Positions 28,982 to 38,408 of a stretch of 64,000 bases of DNA are shown piece after piece. Numbering within the stretch: the first letter of the stretch is position 1; each line of letters begins with the position of its first letter. Source of the DNA: Candidatus Omnitrophota bacterium (GTDB lineage: Bacteria > Omnitrophota > Gorgyraeia > Zapsychrales > Zapsychraceae); the NCBI GenBank assembly GCA_028280285.1, contig JANQMA010000026.1, positions 822-64,821 on the forward strand, given 5' to 3'. A model generated the notes under the pieces. It was given only the letters and a program-made list of their open reading frames with translations. It was not told the origin of the DNA and ran no database searches. Made by a program: the position numbers and the translations under genes.

Positions 28982-29970
28982 CAGAAAAAATTAAAGGTGT
29001 TTTATCATTTATTTTGCGGTTCGGCTTAAGCGGACTTCTTTTGTGGTGGTTGTTCACCAAGATTGATACAGAGAAGACCATTGCCGTTTTAAAAGAGGCT
29101 GATCCGTTTTTTATCGGATTGGCTATCGCTGTATTTTTCGTTAACAATGCGATACTTATTTGGCGTTGGTTTGTTTTCATTGATGCTTTGGATTTAAAGG
29201 CCAAGGCGTTCGACATTATCCGTTATTATTTGTTTGGTTTGTTTGGTAATCTTTTTTTACCAAGTGCAGTGGGAGGCGACATTATTAAAGCGGTCGGGTT
29301 GTGTAGCCAAAGTGATCAGAAGCCGCGAGTGGTGGCCTCGATTCTCCTCGACAGATTATCGGGTTTTGTCGGGTTGGTTATCCTGGCTGTTGTGACCTAT
29401 TGTGTTGGATATAAACTTGTTAATGATCCGAGTTTAATGAAGTTTATCATTATTTTGGCTGTCGGGCCGTGTACGCTTGCGGTGGTTCTTTTTAATGAAA
29501 CGATTTTTCCTTTTGGATGCAAGGTTTTTGGATTTTGGCCGAAGCTTAAAAACGCTTTGATTACTATGCACGACGATATTCAAATGCTTAAAGGCAAACA
29601 AGCCCAAGGCTGGTTCGCGATTTTTCTTTCTGTTTTAGGGCAGTTTATTTTTTCCATTTGTTTTTTTCTTATTGCCCGGGCCCTTCATCAGGATGTTAAC
29701 TTAATTCACTTTTTAATCTTTGTGCCGATGATTTGTGTTGTGTCATCGCTGCCGTCTATCGGGGGACTGGGTGTGCGTGAAGTCGGCGCGGTGTATCTGT
29801 TTTCCAAAATCGGTATCGCCGAAGGAGTTTCGGTTAGTATTTCTCTTATGGTTTTTCTACTTATGGTATTAGTTGGTATTATCGGCGGAATATTTTATGT
29901 CACTACAGTATCTTCTGGACGGTTACAATCTGATTCACAAGATGGCAAATCTCAGCTCAAAGAAGCTTGA
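28978..29970 (+). CDS. Polytopic membrane protein, UPF0104/lysyl-PG-synthase-TM-region (flippase-like) family
   Basis: ATG 28978 overlaps the lipA stop. Multiple TM helices and the LPSAVGGDIIKA motif typical of the family. Confidence 0.55.
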   Translation: MTEKIKGVLSFILRFGLSGLLLWWLFTKIDTEKTIAVLKEADPFFIGLAIAVFFVNNAILIWRWFVFIDALDLKAKAFDIIRYYLFGLFGNLFLPSAVGGDIIKAVGLCSQSDQKPRVVASILLDRLSGFVGLVILAVVTYCVGYKLVNDPSLMKFIIILAVGPCTLAVVLFNETIFPFGCKVFGFWPKLKNALITMHDDIQMLKGKQAQGWFAIFLSVLGQFIFSICFFLIARALHQDVNLIHFLIFVPMICVVSSLPSIGGLGVREVGAVYLFSKIGIAEGVSVSISLMVFLLMVLVGIIGGIFYVTTVSSGRLQSDSQDGKSQLKEA

Positions 29971-30364
29971 GGAGCAAAGAGCGGGGCTTATCCGCTATAT
30001 TGAACTTAAAAGCCCCCAAGGCAATAATTCTGTAACCATTGTTTTTGATGGAAAAGAAGATGTTTATTCGCCTGCCGTTGATTCGAAGGTCAGAATTATT
30101 TATACGAAGGGTGAGTCGGCGGATGAGAAGATCAAGAAGATGGTTAAGGCCTCTTCTCAGGTCAAGTCGATTGTTGTGGTGACTGATGACCGGGACATTC
30201 AATATTCGGTGAGAGCCGCCGGAGCTAAAATAAGCAGCGTACATGATTTTTTACATCAAAAACCAGCTCCCAAGTCGGGCCGAAGCCGTAAGGTGTCCAG
30301 AGAGTCTGAGCAAAAAATCAATGAAGAATTGAAAGATATCTGGCTAAAAGATAATAATGAATGA
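29897..30364 (+). CDS. YacP/Rae1-like NYN (PIN-like) domain protein
   Basis: MSLQYLLDGYNLIH... and VVTDDRDIQ motifs. The start is uncertain (29873 or 29897); either one overlaps the upstream gene. Confidence 0.6.
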   Translation: MSLQYLLDGYNLIHKMANLSSKKLEEQRAGLIRYIELKSPQGNNSVTIVFDGKEDVYSPAVDSKVRIIYTKGESADEKIKKMVKASSQVKSIVVVTDDRDIQYSVRAAGAKISSVHDFLHQKPAPKSGRSRKVSRESEQKINEELKDIWLKDNNE

Positions 30365-30431
30365 TAGGAGGTGTTAGGTTGTAGGTGTTGGGTGCTAGTA
30401 TACTAAAACCTAAAACCCAGAACCTAACACC
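30365..30431 (+). terminator. Heptad-periodic hairpin, family A
   Basis: Left arm aggtgtt aggttgt aggtgtt gggtgct, then loop, then right arm taaaacc taaaacc cagaacc taacacc, followed by tttt. It abuts the stop codon. Confidence 0.6.
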
Positions 30432-30454
30432 TTTTATCATTTTCTTTTACTACT

Positions 30455-31225
30455 ATGTCTACTATTATTTCTCATATTACCAATACTATCCTTGCCATTG
30501 GTGAATCGTTTTGGTTTTTGGTTGATGTTTTGCGTAATATTTGTCTCGGACGCATACGCATCGGTGAAGTCCTTAAGCAGATGTATGAGCAGGGGATTCA
30601 ATCGATTATTATTATTGCGTTGACATCACTGGCTTCGGGTGTGGTGCTTGCTTTGCAGAGTTCGGTTGTGTTGGAGCGTTTCGGGGCCAAGGAATTTATT
30701 GCACCGCTGGTTGCCTTATCTTTGGTGCGTGAACTAAGTCCTGTCTTTACAGCGCTTATTTTTTCCGGTAAGGCCGGGGCGCGGATTACCGCCGAGCTTG
30801 GGGCAATGAATGTTAACAGCCAAATACTTGCCACACGCACGATGGGGGTGGATCCGATTGAGTTTTTGGTCCTACCGCGGTTTCTGGGATGTTTTTTGGT
30901 GCTTCCGGTTCTAACGGTTTTTTCGGAATTAGTCGGGATATTCGGCGGGTATATGATCGGTGTTTATGAGGCGAATGTGCCATCAACCTTTTATATCAAT
31001 CAGACGATTGATTCGATTCGTTATGTGGACTTTTTCAGCGGGTTTTTCAAGGTATTCTTTTTCTCGATATTGATCGGATGGACGTGTTGTTTTCAAGGAT
31101 ATGTGGCGCGTGGCGGATCACTGGGGGTTGGGCGTTTTACGACAAAAGCAGTTGCGTTTTCCTATATATTTGTCATAATTTCAAATACATTGTTAACCAA
31201 GTTAATTTTGGTCTATTGGGGATAA
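30455..31225 (+). CDS. mlaE: MlaE-like ABC transporter permease
   Basis: 256-aa polytopic protein with MlaE-type layout, in an operon with an ATPase and an MCE protein. Confidence 0.75.
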   Translation: MSTIISHITNTILAIGESFWFLVDVLRNICLGRIRIGEVLKQMYEQGIQSIIIIALTSLASGVVLALQSSVVLERFGAKEFIAPLVALSLVRELSPVFTALIFSGKAGARITAELGAMNVNSQILATRTMGVDPIEFLVLPRFLGCFLVLPVLTVFSELVGIFGGYMIGVYEANVPSTFYINQTIDSIRYVDFFSGFFKVFFFSILIGWTCCFQGYVARGGSLGVGRFTTKAVAFSYIFVIISNTLLTKLILVYWG

Positions 31226-31226
31226 A

Positions 31227-31565
31227 ATGAATAATAAAGTATGTACCACAATTACCGCCCTATTCTGTATTTTTACTATTTTGACTATGATTTCATGTCA
31301 AACGACTACAAGTAGAAGGCATTTGGACCGCAGTTATCCCTTTGAGGCTATTGAAGCGGATTGGATTGTAAATGGTGAGCCGATAGAGTTTGAAGGAGAA
31401 CAATGGTATCCTCAGGATGGTATCGAAGTCTTTACAGATCAGGAAATGCATTTGCTTGGTGAGTATCGTGATGTTCAGTTTTTTGTCGATAAAGTGGATG
31501 TGCGGCCGTTTGCGCGGCTCTATACGAAGTTTGATAATAATAAGTTCCGTTATTATAAAAAATGA
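31227..31565 (+). CDS. Small lipoprotein of unknown function inserted in the mla operon
   Basis: Signal peptide with lipobox LTMISC. Tightly packed between mlaE and mlaF, with a 4-nt overlap with mlaF. Confidence 0.5.
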   Translation: MNNKVCTTITALFCIFTILTMISCQTTTSRRHLDRSYPFEAIEADWIVNGEPIEFEGEQWYPQDGIEVFTDQEMHLLGEYRDVQFFVDKVDVRPFARLYTKFDNNKFRYYKK

Positions 31566-32281
31566 TCATTGAAGTCGATAATCTTCACAAATCATTTAAG
31601 GGCCAACCGGTGCTTGACGGTGTTTCATTTACGGTCAATGCAGGCGAAACACTGGTGATTCTTGGGGAGAGTGGCACGGGCAAAAGCGTTCTTTTAAAAC
31701 ATATGATTGGTTTGCTTAAACCCGATCGTGGTTCAGTGAAAATCGAAGGCGAAGAAATCACATCTCTTCGGGAGAAGAGGCTGCTTAAGATCAGGCAGAA
31801 GATGGGATATATGTTTCAGGAAGGGGCCTTGTACGATTTTATGAATGTCTATGAGAATATTGCCTTTCCGCTGCGCGAGCATACCGTCCTGAGTGCTGAA
31901 GAAATCAGCGCTAAAATTTATGAATTGCTTGAGTTGATTGATTTAAAAGATGTGGCGTCTAAGTATCCATCGGAGTTGAGCGGCGGGATGAAAAAACGTG
32001 TCGCGCTTGCGCGGAGTATGGTTTTGGGTTCGAAAGTACTTTTTTGTGACGAGCCGACTTCCGGACTTGATCCGATCCGCAGTAGGGATATTTCGGATCT
32101 TATCAAGCAGGTGAGCCGTGAGAAAAAATGCACGACGATTATAACATCACATGATATGAAGAACTCATTTCGCATTGCCGACAGGTTGCTTTTACTTAGA
32201 AATGGTAAGATAGTTTTAATGGGGAAGGAGGAGAACTTCGTTAATTCTTCCGATTCATTCGTCAGGGAGTTTGTTGATTAG
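31562..32281 (+). CDS. mlaF: MlaF-like ABC transporter ATP-binding protein
   Basis: Walker A GESGTGKS, signature LSGGMKKRVALAR, Walker B LFCDEP. Confidence 0.8.
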   Translation: MIIEVDNLHKSFKGQPVLDGVSFTVNAGETLVILGESGTGKSVLLKHMIGLLKPDRGSVKIEGEEITSLREKRLLKIRQKMGYMFQEGALYDFMNVYENIAFPLREHTVLSAEEISAKIYELLELIDLKDVASKYPSELSGGMKKRVALARSMVLGSKVLFCDEPTSGLDPIRSRDISDLIKQVSREKKCTTIITSHDMKNSFRIADRLLLLRNGKIVLMGKEENFVNSSDSFVREFVD

Positions 32282-32294
32282 AACTTGAGGTATA

Positions 32295-32363
32295 GTACTT
32301 AGGACATAGGACTTGGGACTTAGGGTGCCAACCTCCAGGTCCTAAGTCCCAACGCCTAAGTAC
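32295..32363 (+). terminator. Heptad-periodic hairpin
   Basis: Left arm gtactta ggacata ggacttg ggactta. Right arm ccaggtc ctaagtc ccaacgc ctaagta. Confidence 0.55.
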
Positions 32364-32376
32364 AATAAAAATAACT

Positions 32377-33048
32377 ATGACTAACAACGATTTTATCAAA
32401 CGATTTTCGGCCGGTGTTTTTCTTATAGCCGGTGTTGTGATGATTTTTATGTTTATCGCAACGCTCGGTAGAGACAAAGGTCTTGCGCGGGATAAATTTC
32501 AAGTAACTGTTCTTTACCGCAATATTGGCGGTCTAGTTATTGGTGCGCCCACACGGCTTGCCGGGGTTAATGTGGGGAGTGTGACCGAAATTGCTTTTCT
32601 TGATGAGGAAATAGAGGGTAGACAGGTTAAAATAGTTCTTAATATTTTCAACCGATATAAAAAGCAGTTTGCTCAGGGACTTGTTTTTGCGATCCGTACC
32701 GAAGGTGTGTTGGGATCAAAGATTGTTGAAATTTATCCGGTCGAAGGAGCTCCGGCTATTGATATTACACGCCCGGTATTGGGTAATGATCCGATTGACG
32801 TTCAGGATCTAGCCAAGGAATTTTCTCAAGCGGCCGAAGCATTCACTAAAACAGCCCAAGAGATGAGCCGTATTGACATGTTTGAATTATCAGAGGTAAT
32901 GATTGAATCCTCGCGCGCGCTTCTGGAGACATCCAAAGGGATTAATGGCATTTTAGATGAAATGGAAGATATAACCATTAAGTCGAAAAGAATGTTTGAC
33001 CGTATTGAAGAAAAGGTCATTAATGATGAACTGTTTAAAGTGTTTTAA
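32377..33048 (+). CDS. mlaD: MlaD-like MCE-domain protein
   Basis: N-terminal TM helix followed by the MCE core (VLYRNIGGLVIGAPTRLAGVNVGSVTEI). Confidence 0.7.
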   Translation: MTNNDFIKRFSAGVFLIAGVVMIFMFIATLGRDKGLARDKFQVTVLYRNIGGLVIGAPTRLAGVNVGSVTEIAFLDEEIEGRQVKIVLNIFNRYKKQFAQGLVFAIRTEGVLGSKIVEIYPVEGAPAIDITRPVLGNDPIDVQDLAKEFSQAAEAFTKTAQEMSRIDMFELSEVMIESSRALLETSKGINGILDEMEDITIKSKRMFDRIEEKVINDELFKVF

Positions 33049-33059
33049 AAGGGGAGATT

Positions 33060-33353
33060 ATGTTTGTCTTAAGTAATTTTATTGTGGCCATAGCCAAGCT
33101 TGTGAATATTTTTTTAACGATCATGTATTGGCTTATTTTGATCCGGGCGCTCATTAGCTGGGTGAACCCTGATCCGTATAATGCGATTGTGCAATTTTTG
33201 CATCGCACGACCGAACCGATATTGCAACCGGTCAGACGCATGCTGCCGCCAATGGGGATTGATATTTCGCCGATTATTGTTTTTATTGCTATTATTTTCT
33301 TGCAGTCTTTTTTGGTTAGAACGCTTTATGATATAGCGCATAGCTTGCGCTAA
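33060..33353 (+). CDS. YggT-family membrane protein
   Basis: 97 aa. ALISWVNPDPYN...TEPILQPVRRMLPPMGIDISP pattern. Confidence 0.7.
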   Translation: MFVLSNFIVAIAKLVNIFLTIMYWLILIRALISWVNPDPYNAIVQFLHRTTEPILQPVRRMLPPMGIDISPIIVFIAIIFLQSFLVRTLYDIAHSLR

Positions 33354-33481
33354 GGCCTATTCAGTCCTAAAAAAAGGTTGCAAAACAGTCCCATAGAGGG
33401 TAATATTCGTAGTTTGGCTACGAAAGTTATATAAAAATAGATAGCCAATATGTAGAAAAAAGAGGTAAAGAGGTATTATAT

Positions 33482-33561
33482 AAACATTTTAAAACATTAA
33501 ACTTTAAACACTTAACAGATTTATTTCCAAACAGTTTAATGTTTATTGTTTAAAGTTTGAA
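33482..33561 (+). terminator. Heptad-periodic hairpin, family B (aaacatt / gtttaat)
   Basis: Left arm aaacatt aaacttt aaacact. Right arm gtttaat gtttatt gtttaaa gtttgaa. Confidence 0.45.
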
Positions 33562-33593
33562 TTTATCTCTATTATTAAGATAGGAGCAAAGTG

Positions 33594-33875
33594 ATGTTCG
33601 ATAAAATGAAAGAAATGATGGAAATGAAAAAGCAGGCCGATACGATCAAGAAGACTCTTGATAAGGATCTGCTAACGGTAACAGATGTACGTGGCATCAA
33701 AATCGTTATAAATGGTTCGCAAATGATTCAGTCGATTGAGATTGAGGAAGGTTTTCATAAAAACTCATCTCGTGAGCGTTTGGAAAAAGATTTTATGCGG
33801 GCTGTCAATACAGCGATCGGTAAATCACAAAAGGCAGCTGCTAAGAAAATGCAAGGCATGATGCCGGGATTTTAG
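33594..33875 (+). CDS. ybaB: YbaB/EbfC nucleoid-associated protein
   Basis: About 93 aa with the family layout (MKEMMEMKKQ...VINGSQMIQSIEIEE...). AGGAG lies 7 nt before ATG 33594. GTG 33591 is an alternative start. Confidence 0.7.
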   Translation: MFDKMKEMMEMKKQADTIKKTLDKDLLTVTDVRGIKIVINGSQMIQSIEIEEGFHKNSSRERLEKDFMRAVNTAIGKSQKAAAKKMQGMMPGF

Positions 33876-33909
33876 TCAAAATTGTTCAATAATTAATAAA
33901 GGAGATAAA

Positions 33910-34143
33910 ATGCCGTACGATAAGTCACTTGACATTGAGTCATTTAAAGAAACAAAAGAATGGGAAGAAACACGAATCTCTGTTGGGGTTTTTTCATATA
34001 ATGAAGGAGCTAAAAAACTACAGTTATCACGTGAAAATCTGGGTTCAACCGGTGAATGGCGCTTTGCCAAATTGGGGCGTATGAACAAAGAAGAAGCACA
34101 AGAAATTGTTCCGATTATGATGAAGGCCATTGAGAATATGTAA
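33910..34143 (+). CDS. Small conserved-looking hypothetical protein (possible YdbC/PC4-like fold)
   Basis: 77 aa. The resemblance to YdbC-type ssDNA-binding proteins rests on pattern only (VFSYNEGAKKLQLSRE...GEWRFAKLGRMNKEEAQEI). Confidence 0.3.
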   Translation: MPYDKSLDIESFKETKEWEETRISVGVFSYNEGAKKLQLSRENLGSTGEWRFAKLGRMNKEEAQEIVPIMMKAIENM

Positions 34144-34145
34144 TG

Positions 34146-34218
34146 TAGGGAGTAGGGAATAGGGCATAGGGAACAGTGTTACACTTACTGTTACCTAACC
34201 CCTAATCCCTATTCCCTA
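34146..34218 (+). terminator. Heptad-periodic hairpin
   Basis: Left arm tagggag tagggaa tagggca tagggaa, then loop, then right arm ttaccta accccta atcccta ttcccta. It starts 3 nt after the stop. Confidence 0.6.
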
Positions 34219-34232
34219 AATAAGGAGCAAGT

Positions 34233-34706
34233 ATGGACGATATTTATGTAACACGTGAATTTTTTCATAAACTTAATGATAATCTTGAGAAATTGAAAAA
34301 AGACAGCATTAAGATTGCCGGTCAAATAGAGGAAGCTCGCCTTTTGGGGGATTTAAAGGAAAATGCTGAGTATCATGCGGCGAAAGAGGCGCAAGCCCAT
34401 AATGCGGCCCGCCAATCAGATTTAGAAGATAAAATTTCACGTGCCAAAATTATCGAAGATCAAAACATACCGTCCGATAAAATATATATCGGGGCATATG
34501 CGACGGTTCAAGATTTGAAAAGCAAAGAAGAAATTGTCTACATGCTTGTTTCGGCTGAAGAATCTGATTTCGAAGCCAATAAGATATCAATTTTGTCTCC
34601 CATTGGAAAAGGTCTTCTGGGTAAAGCCGAAGGCGAAGAGGTTGAAATTGATGTTCCTGCCGGCAAAATTAATTATAAGATTTTAAAAATTGAGCGACCA
34701 AGCTAA
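34233..34706 (+). CDS. greA: Transcription elongation factor GreA
   Basis: ARLLGDLKENAEYHAAKEAQ motif and a C-terminal FKBP-like domain. 157 aa. Confidence 0.85.
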   Translation: MDDIYVTREFFHKLNDNLEKLKKDSIKIAGQIEEARLLGDLKENAEYHAAKEAQAHNAARQSDLEDKISRAKIIEDQNIPSDKIYIGAYATVQDLKSKEEIVYMLVSAEESDFEANKISILSPIGKGLLGKAEGEEVEIDVPAGKINYKILKIERPS

Positions 34707-35381
34707 ATGCTTTCGGTTATCATCCCTGTCTATAATGAAGAAAGGACCGTATCAGAAGTTATTGATAAGGTCCTTTCTTCTAGCCTGCCTACGAAACTTT
34801 CTTTAGAGATTATTGCCATTAATGACGGTTCAACTGACGGGACACGTGCTATTCTTGATAACATCAAGTATCCGCAGCTGCGCGTTTTTCATCAGGAGAC
34901 CAATCGGGGAAAGACGTCAGCTGTTAGAAAGGGGATTTTTGAAGCAAAGGGTTCATTGATCATTATCCAAGATGCCGATCTAGAATATTCACCGGTTGAT
35001 TATGCCGCTATTATTCAGAAAATGGATGATACTGGTGCAGAGGTAGTGTACGGCTCCAGATTTCTAGGAGAGATCAAGGATATGGCGCCGATCAATTGGA
35101 TGGCTAATCGCATATCGAATATTGTCTTTAACTTAAAGTTTAAAACGAATATTACAGATATTAATACATGTTTTAAATTATTTAAAGCGGATGTGCTTAA
35201 ACAATTAACCATTGAGTCTGATCATTTTGGTTTTGAAACCGAGGTTACCACCAAGCTAATACGGCAGGGAGTAAGGATCATCGAAACGCCCATTTCTTAT
35301 CATGCGCGCACCAAAGCCGAAGGTAAAAAAATCGATTGGGCTAAGGCGGTGCAAATGTTTTTAGGGATGTTTAGATATTAA
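34707..35381 (+). CDS. Family-2 glycosyltransferase (soluble, Dpm1/polyprenol-phosphate glycosyltransferase-like)
   Basis: SVIIPVYNEE...AINDGSTDGT...IQDADLEY GT-A motifs. Confidence 0.7.
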   Translation: MLSVIIPVYNEERTVSEVIDKVLSSSLPTKLSLEIIAINDGSTDGTRAILDNIKYPQLRVFHQETNRGKTSAVRKGIFEAKGSLIIIQDADLEYSPVDYAAIIQKMDDTGAEVVYGSRFLGEIKDMAPINWMANRISNIVFNLKFKTNITDINTCFKLFKADVLKQLTIESDHFGFETEVTTKLIRQGVRIIETPISYHARTKAEGKKIDWAKAVQMFLGMFRY

Positions 35382-35395
35382 ACTAGGAGGCTAGT

Positions 35396-36328
35396 TTAAT
35401 ACGGTTTTAAGCTGATCCGGGCGAGCTGCTCGCTGAAAGTTAAACGGCCCAGTTTTTTTGACTTATCTATTTCTGCTTGAATTACCGCAGCAGCTTTTTT
35501 CTTATCGACTCTATTTAGAATTTCTTTCATCATCACAAGTGTATCAATCTGATAAGGATTTTGAACAAGAATCTTCTGGGCGATCTTAACCGCCTGGTCG
35601 CCTTTGTTGTTTTTTAAGGCGATTTGAGCCAGGGCATAATTATAAAATGTTTCTCGTTTAGGGTCTATTTTTTTGCCGAGATTAATATGCTGCACTGCCC
35701 GGGGTGTTTGATTTAAAGTAAGGTAGCATTTAAGTAGGAGTGCATTTGCGTTTTGTTTGGCAATGAGTAGTTCATTTTGTAACTCTTTAGGGCCCGTGAT
35801 GCCTGCAGTCTTTAAAACAGGTCCATAAATCATAGGAGAGTGTAGGGTTTTTAAAATGGTTGATTTTTCATTGGCCTGCATAGCCAGTGTTAATGATTGT
35901 GCGGCAAGGTCGTATTTTTTTTCTTTGTGGTAAATAATACCTGCATTATAGTGTGCCCAAAACCAATCGGGATATTTTTTGCTGACGTGGTTATAGGCTT
36001 CTAGGGCTTTTTGATGTTGTCCTAAAGCTGCATATGTGGCGCCGAGCAGACCCCATGCCGCAGTCATATCGGGCCTGAATTCAATGGCTTTTTTGTAATA
36101 AAAGTTAATTTGGTTGAGCGTGCGTGGATTGATATTTTCGTCATTATGTTCCAATATCGATAATAGATGATGATAATGATAAGGCTTTGGAATAGATGCA
36201 TTTAATGTCCGGACATGATAGGCATTTTTGATTTTTTGATTATCCGTCAGCAGATTACAGCAAACAAATACGGCGATATACAGTAGAAGGACTCTAGTAA
36301 TAAAAGGTTTTATTTTTTTAAGCATCAT
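35396..36328 (-). CDS. TPR-repeat protein with N-terminal membrane anchor
   Basis: Hydrophobic N-terminus followed by repeated A..Y/W..G...Y TPR-like units. Last gene of the minus-strand operon. Confidence 0.6.
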   Translation of the reverse strand: MMLKKIKPFITRVLLLYIAVFVCCNLLTDNQKIKNAYHVRTLNASIPKPYHYHHLLSILEHNDENINPRTLNQINFYYKKAIEFRPDMTAAWGLLGATYAALGQHQKALEAYNHVSKKYPDWFWAHYNAGIIYHKEKKYDLAAQSLTLAMQANEKSTILKTLHSPMIYGPVLKTAGITGPKELQNELLIAKQNANALLLKCYLTLNQTPRAVQHINLGKKIDPKRETFYNYALAQIALKNNKGDQAVKIAQKILVQNPYQIDTLVMMKEILNRVDKKKAAAVIQAEIDKSKKLGRLTFSEQLARISLKPY

Positions 36329-38408
36329 GTCTTTTTCTTCGGCAGCAGTGAATATAGTATCCCAAAGTACAGATGAATATAATCCAGAGTATTATTTTCA
36401 ATCCCATTAATTGGGGGTTTATGTATCTTAAGGTGATAGTGTTTTGCCCTGCCGGGGCTAATACCCCTTTGAAACTCAAATTGCTGCGCAAAATTTCGGT
36501 TTCTTGACCGTTAATATAGGCTTTCCAGTCTTTATGGTAAGAATCAGTGTAAATAATGAATTTCTCAGACGGAAAATCAGTTGTGAAGGTTATATAATTA
36601 GGAGAAAAATCAATTACACTAAACTCCTTGGAATCCTCTGTGATGACGTTTGCATTGGCAGGGGCAGAGGGATTGATCAAGCGGTTGTTTGTATCTTTTG
36701 ATTCGACAAAAGCTATATTGGAAAAATTTTGCATACTTTTTTCAATGGCAGAAAAATTATTGAAACCAGGCGTGATCAACTGTGTATTGTCATAAATGAA
36801 AATTAGATGATTGGCATAGTTTTTAAATATACTCGGTGTTATGTGGGCATACATGCGATTGACCGAACGAGTCGCCACGTAGGTGACTAGTTTGTCGTTA
36901 ATATCAATACTTCTTTTATAGGAGAAGTCTAAATTAAGTGGCGGATAGTTTATGCGCTGCTTTCTTTGGTAGTTTTGGCTTAAATGAAGGTAAGGATTGA
37001 GTGCCGGGATGATAATGAGTAATGAGAAGAGAGTCAAGAAAATTGGTTTGTGGGGGTGTAGTTTTTTAAGAATGCAGGATATAAGAAGCAGAAATATTAA
37101 AATAGAACAAATAAACAGCAGCCAGTTGACATTGTCGATTGATGTAAGAAAAAAGATAAATGTAAAAAATCCTAATGTTGTAGATATGATATGGTAAATT
37201 TTCTTTTTTTGGTCTTCGCTATCATAAAAAATTATCTGCCTCGCAAGGGACGTGCCGAATAATATAATCAATGGCAGCAGGCCTAACCAAGTAAAAAAGA
37301 TCGAGTTTCTAAAAAGTTTGAAAAAGAAGACGTGTTTATACAAGAAAGGATAGACAGGTGTCGCGTTATTCAGACCGATCATATAAATTAAGACAATCCA
37401 CAGGGCCCAAAAGATATGTTGACGCTTCAGGCGGTTAAATATCCCGGCAAAAAAACAGATTATGATAAAAGCCGGTATATAGATGCGGTCTAAACTTATA
37501 TGTAAGAAATTGGTAAACATATTTTCAACAATAAAAGGAAGGACAATGCCTCCGGCAGAAACAGACTGTTCTGTGACTTGCAGCACATTAGTGTCGCTGA
37601 CAGCACCATGCCTGACAGCTAAAGCCAATTCGGACTTTCCGGAGAGCAGCATCAGAACACCCGGCGTGAGAGATGCGATAATCAGAAAAATGCATATAAG
37701 GCTTAACAGTTTATGTTTTACGATAAAGGCGAGATACTTTTTAAGAATCAAACAAAATTTATGCCAGTAGACAATGATAAAGCTTATTAAAAAGGTGAGG
37801 AAGATCGTTAGAAAATAGAACGGTATATATGTGCTTAACAAGATCATGAGACAAAAGACCGCACCAATCAAATGCTGTTTTTTTGTTTTTTCTGTAAATG
37901 AAACAAGAAAATAAAAGAAGCCGGTCATCGGGGTGAAGACCAGAATGATAAAGGAATTGAATATTTGTGTTCCCATCGATGAGAAGAGTAGCGCAGAAAA
38001 GGCGATGTAGGCCAGAACGTTATTTTTAAATATTTTTTTTGCTAACAGAAAAAAGAATACTGTCCCAATAAAGAAATATAGTATCTGAAAAACCATGTAT
38101 ACAGGCGGAAACGGCAACCCTATTTTGTAGAACAGAACGAGCACTAGATAGAGCGGATTTAAATCGTTAAAGCGTCTTAGGAAAAAGTCATTTGGCAGTC
38201 CATATTCCCACAAATGACTCCAGAAAGGGAATGTGCCTTTAGAGAGGCCGGTGACAAAGTATTGAATATGGTAAAAATAAGAAAAGGCATCTCTTTGTAG
38301 AGGTGCCCAAAAGGTAATAAAGGTGTAAAATACGGCACACCATATGCAAAATAAAACTATCATAAATAAAAAAATATGGCGGCTGGATTTTATCTGTTTA
38401 TGACTCAT
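36318..38408 (-). CDS. Large polytopic membrane protein (YfhO/GT-C-like) with C-terminal soluble domain
   Basis: 696 aa. More than 12 hydrophobic segments followed by a ~200-aa hydrophilic tail. 11-nt overlaps with both neighbours. Confidence 0.4.
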   Translation of the reverse strand: MSHKQIKSSRHIFLFMIVLFCIWCAVFYTFITFWAPLQRDAFSYFYHIQYFVTGLSKGTFPFWSHLWEYGLPNDFFLRRFNDLNPLYLVLVLFYKIGLPFPPVYMVFQILYFFIGTVFFFLLAKKIFKNNVLAYIAFSALLFSSMGTQIFNSFIILVFTPMTGFFYFLVSFTEKTKKQHLIGAVFCLMILLSTYIPFYFLTIFLTFLISFIIVYWHKFCLILKKYLAFIVKHKLLSLICIFLIIASLTPGVLMLLSGKSELALAVRHGAVSDTNVLQVTEQSVSAGGIVLPFIVENMFTNFLHISLDRIYIPAFIIICFFAGIFNRLKRQHIFWALWIVLIYMIGLNNATPVYPFLYKHVFFFKLFRNSIFFTWLGLLPLIILFGTSLARQIIFYDSEDQKKKIYHIISTTLGFFTFIFFLTSIDNVNWLLFICSILIFLLLISCILKKLHPHKPIFLTLFSLLIIIPALNPYLHLSQNYQRKQRINYPPLNLDFSYKRSIDINDKLVTYVATRSVNRMYAHITPSIFKNYANHLIFIYDNTQLITPGFNNFSAIEKSMQNFSNIAFVESKDTNNRLINPSAPANANVITEDSKEFSVIDFSPNYITFTTDFPSEKFIIYTDSYHKDWKAYINGQETEILRSNLSFKGVLAPAGQNTITLRYINPQLMGLKIILWIIFICTLGYYIHCCRRKRHDA

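Noticed and set aside
29873-29970. The 74-98-nt overlap between the UPF0104 membrane protein gene and the YacP-like gene as a sign of frameshift or fusion.
   Set aside because: Both frames are open and each protein looks complete. The overlap may simply reflect an unconserved C-terminal tail of the membrane protein, and the sequence gives nothing decisive.
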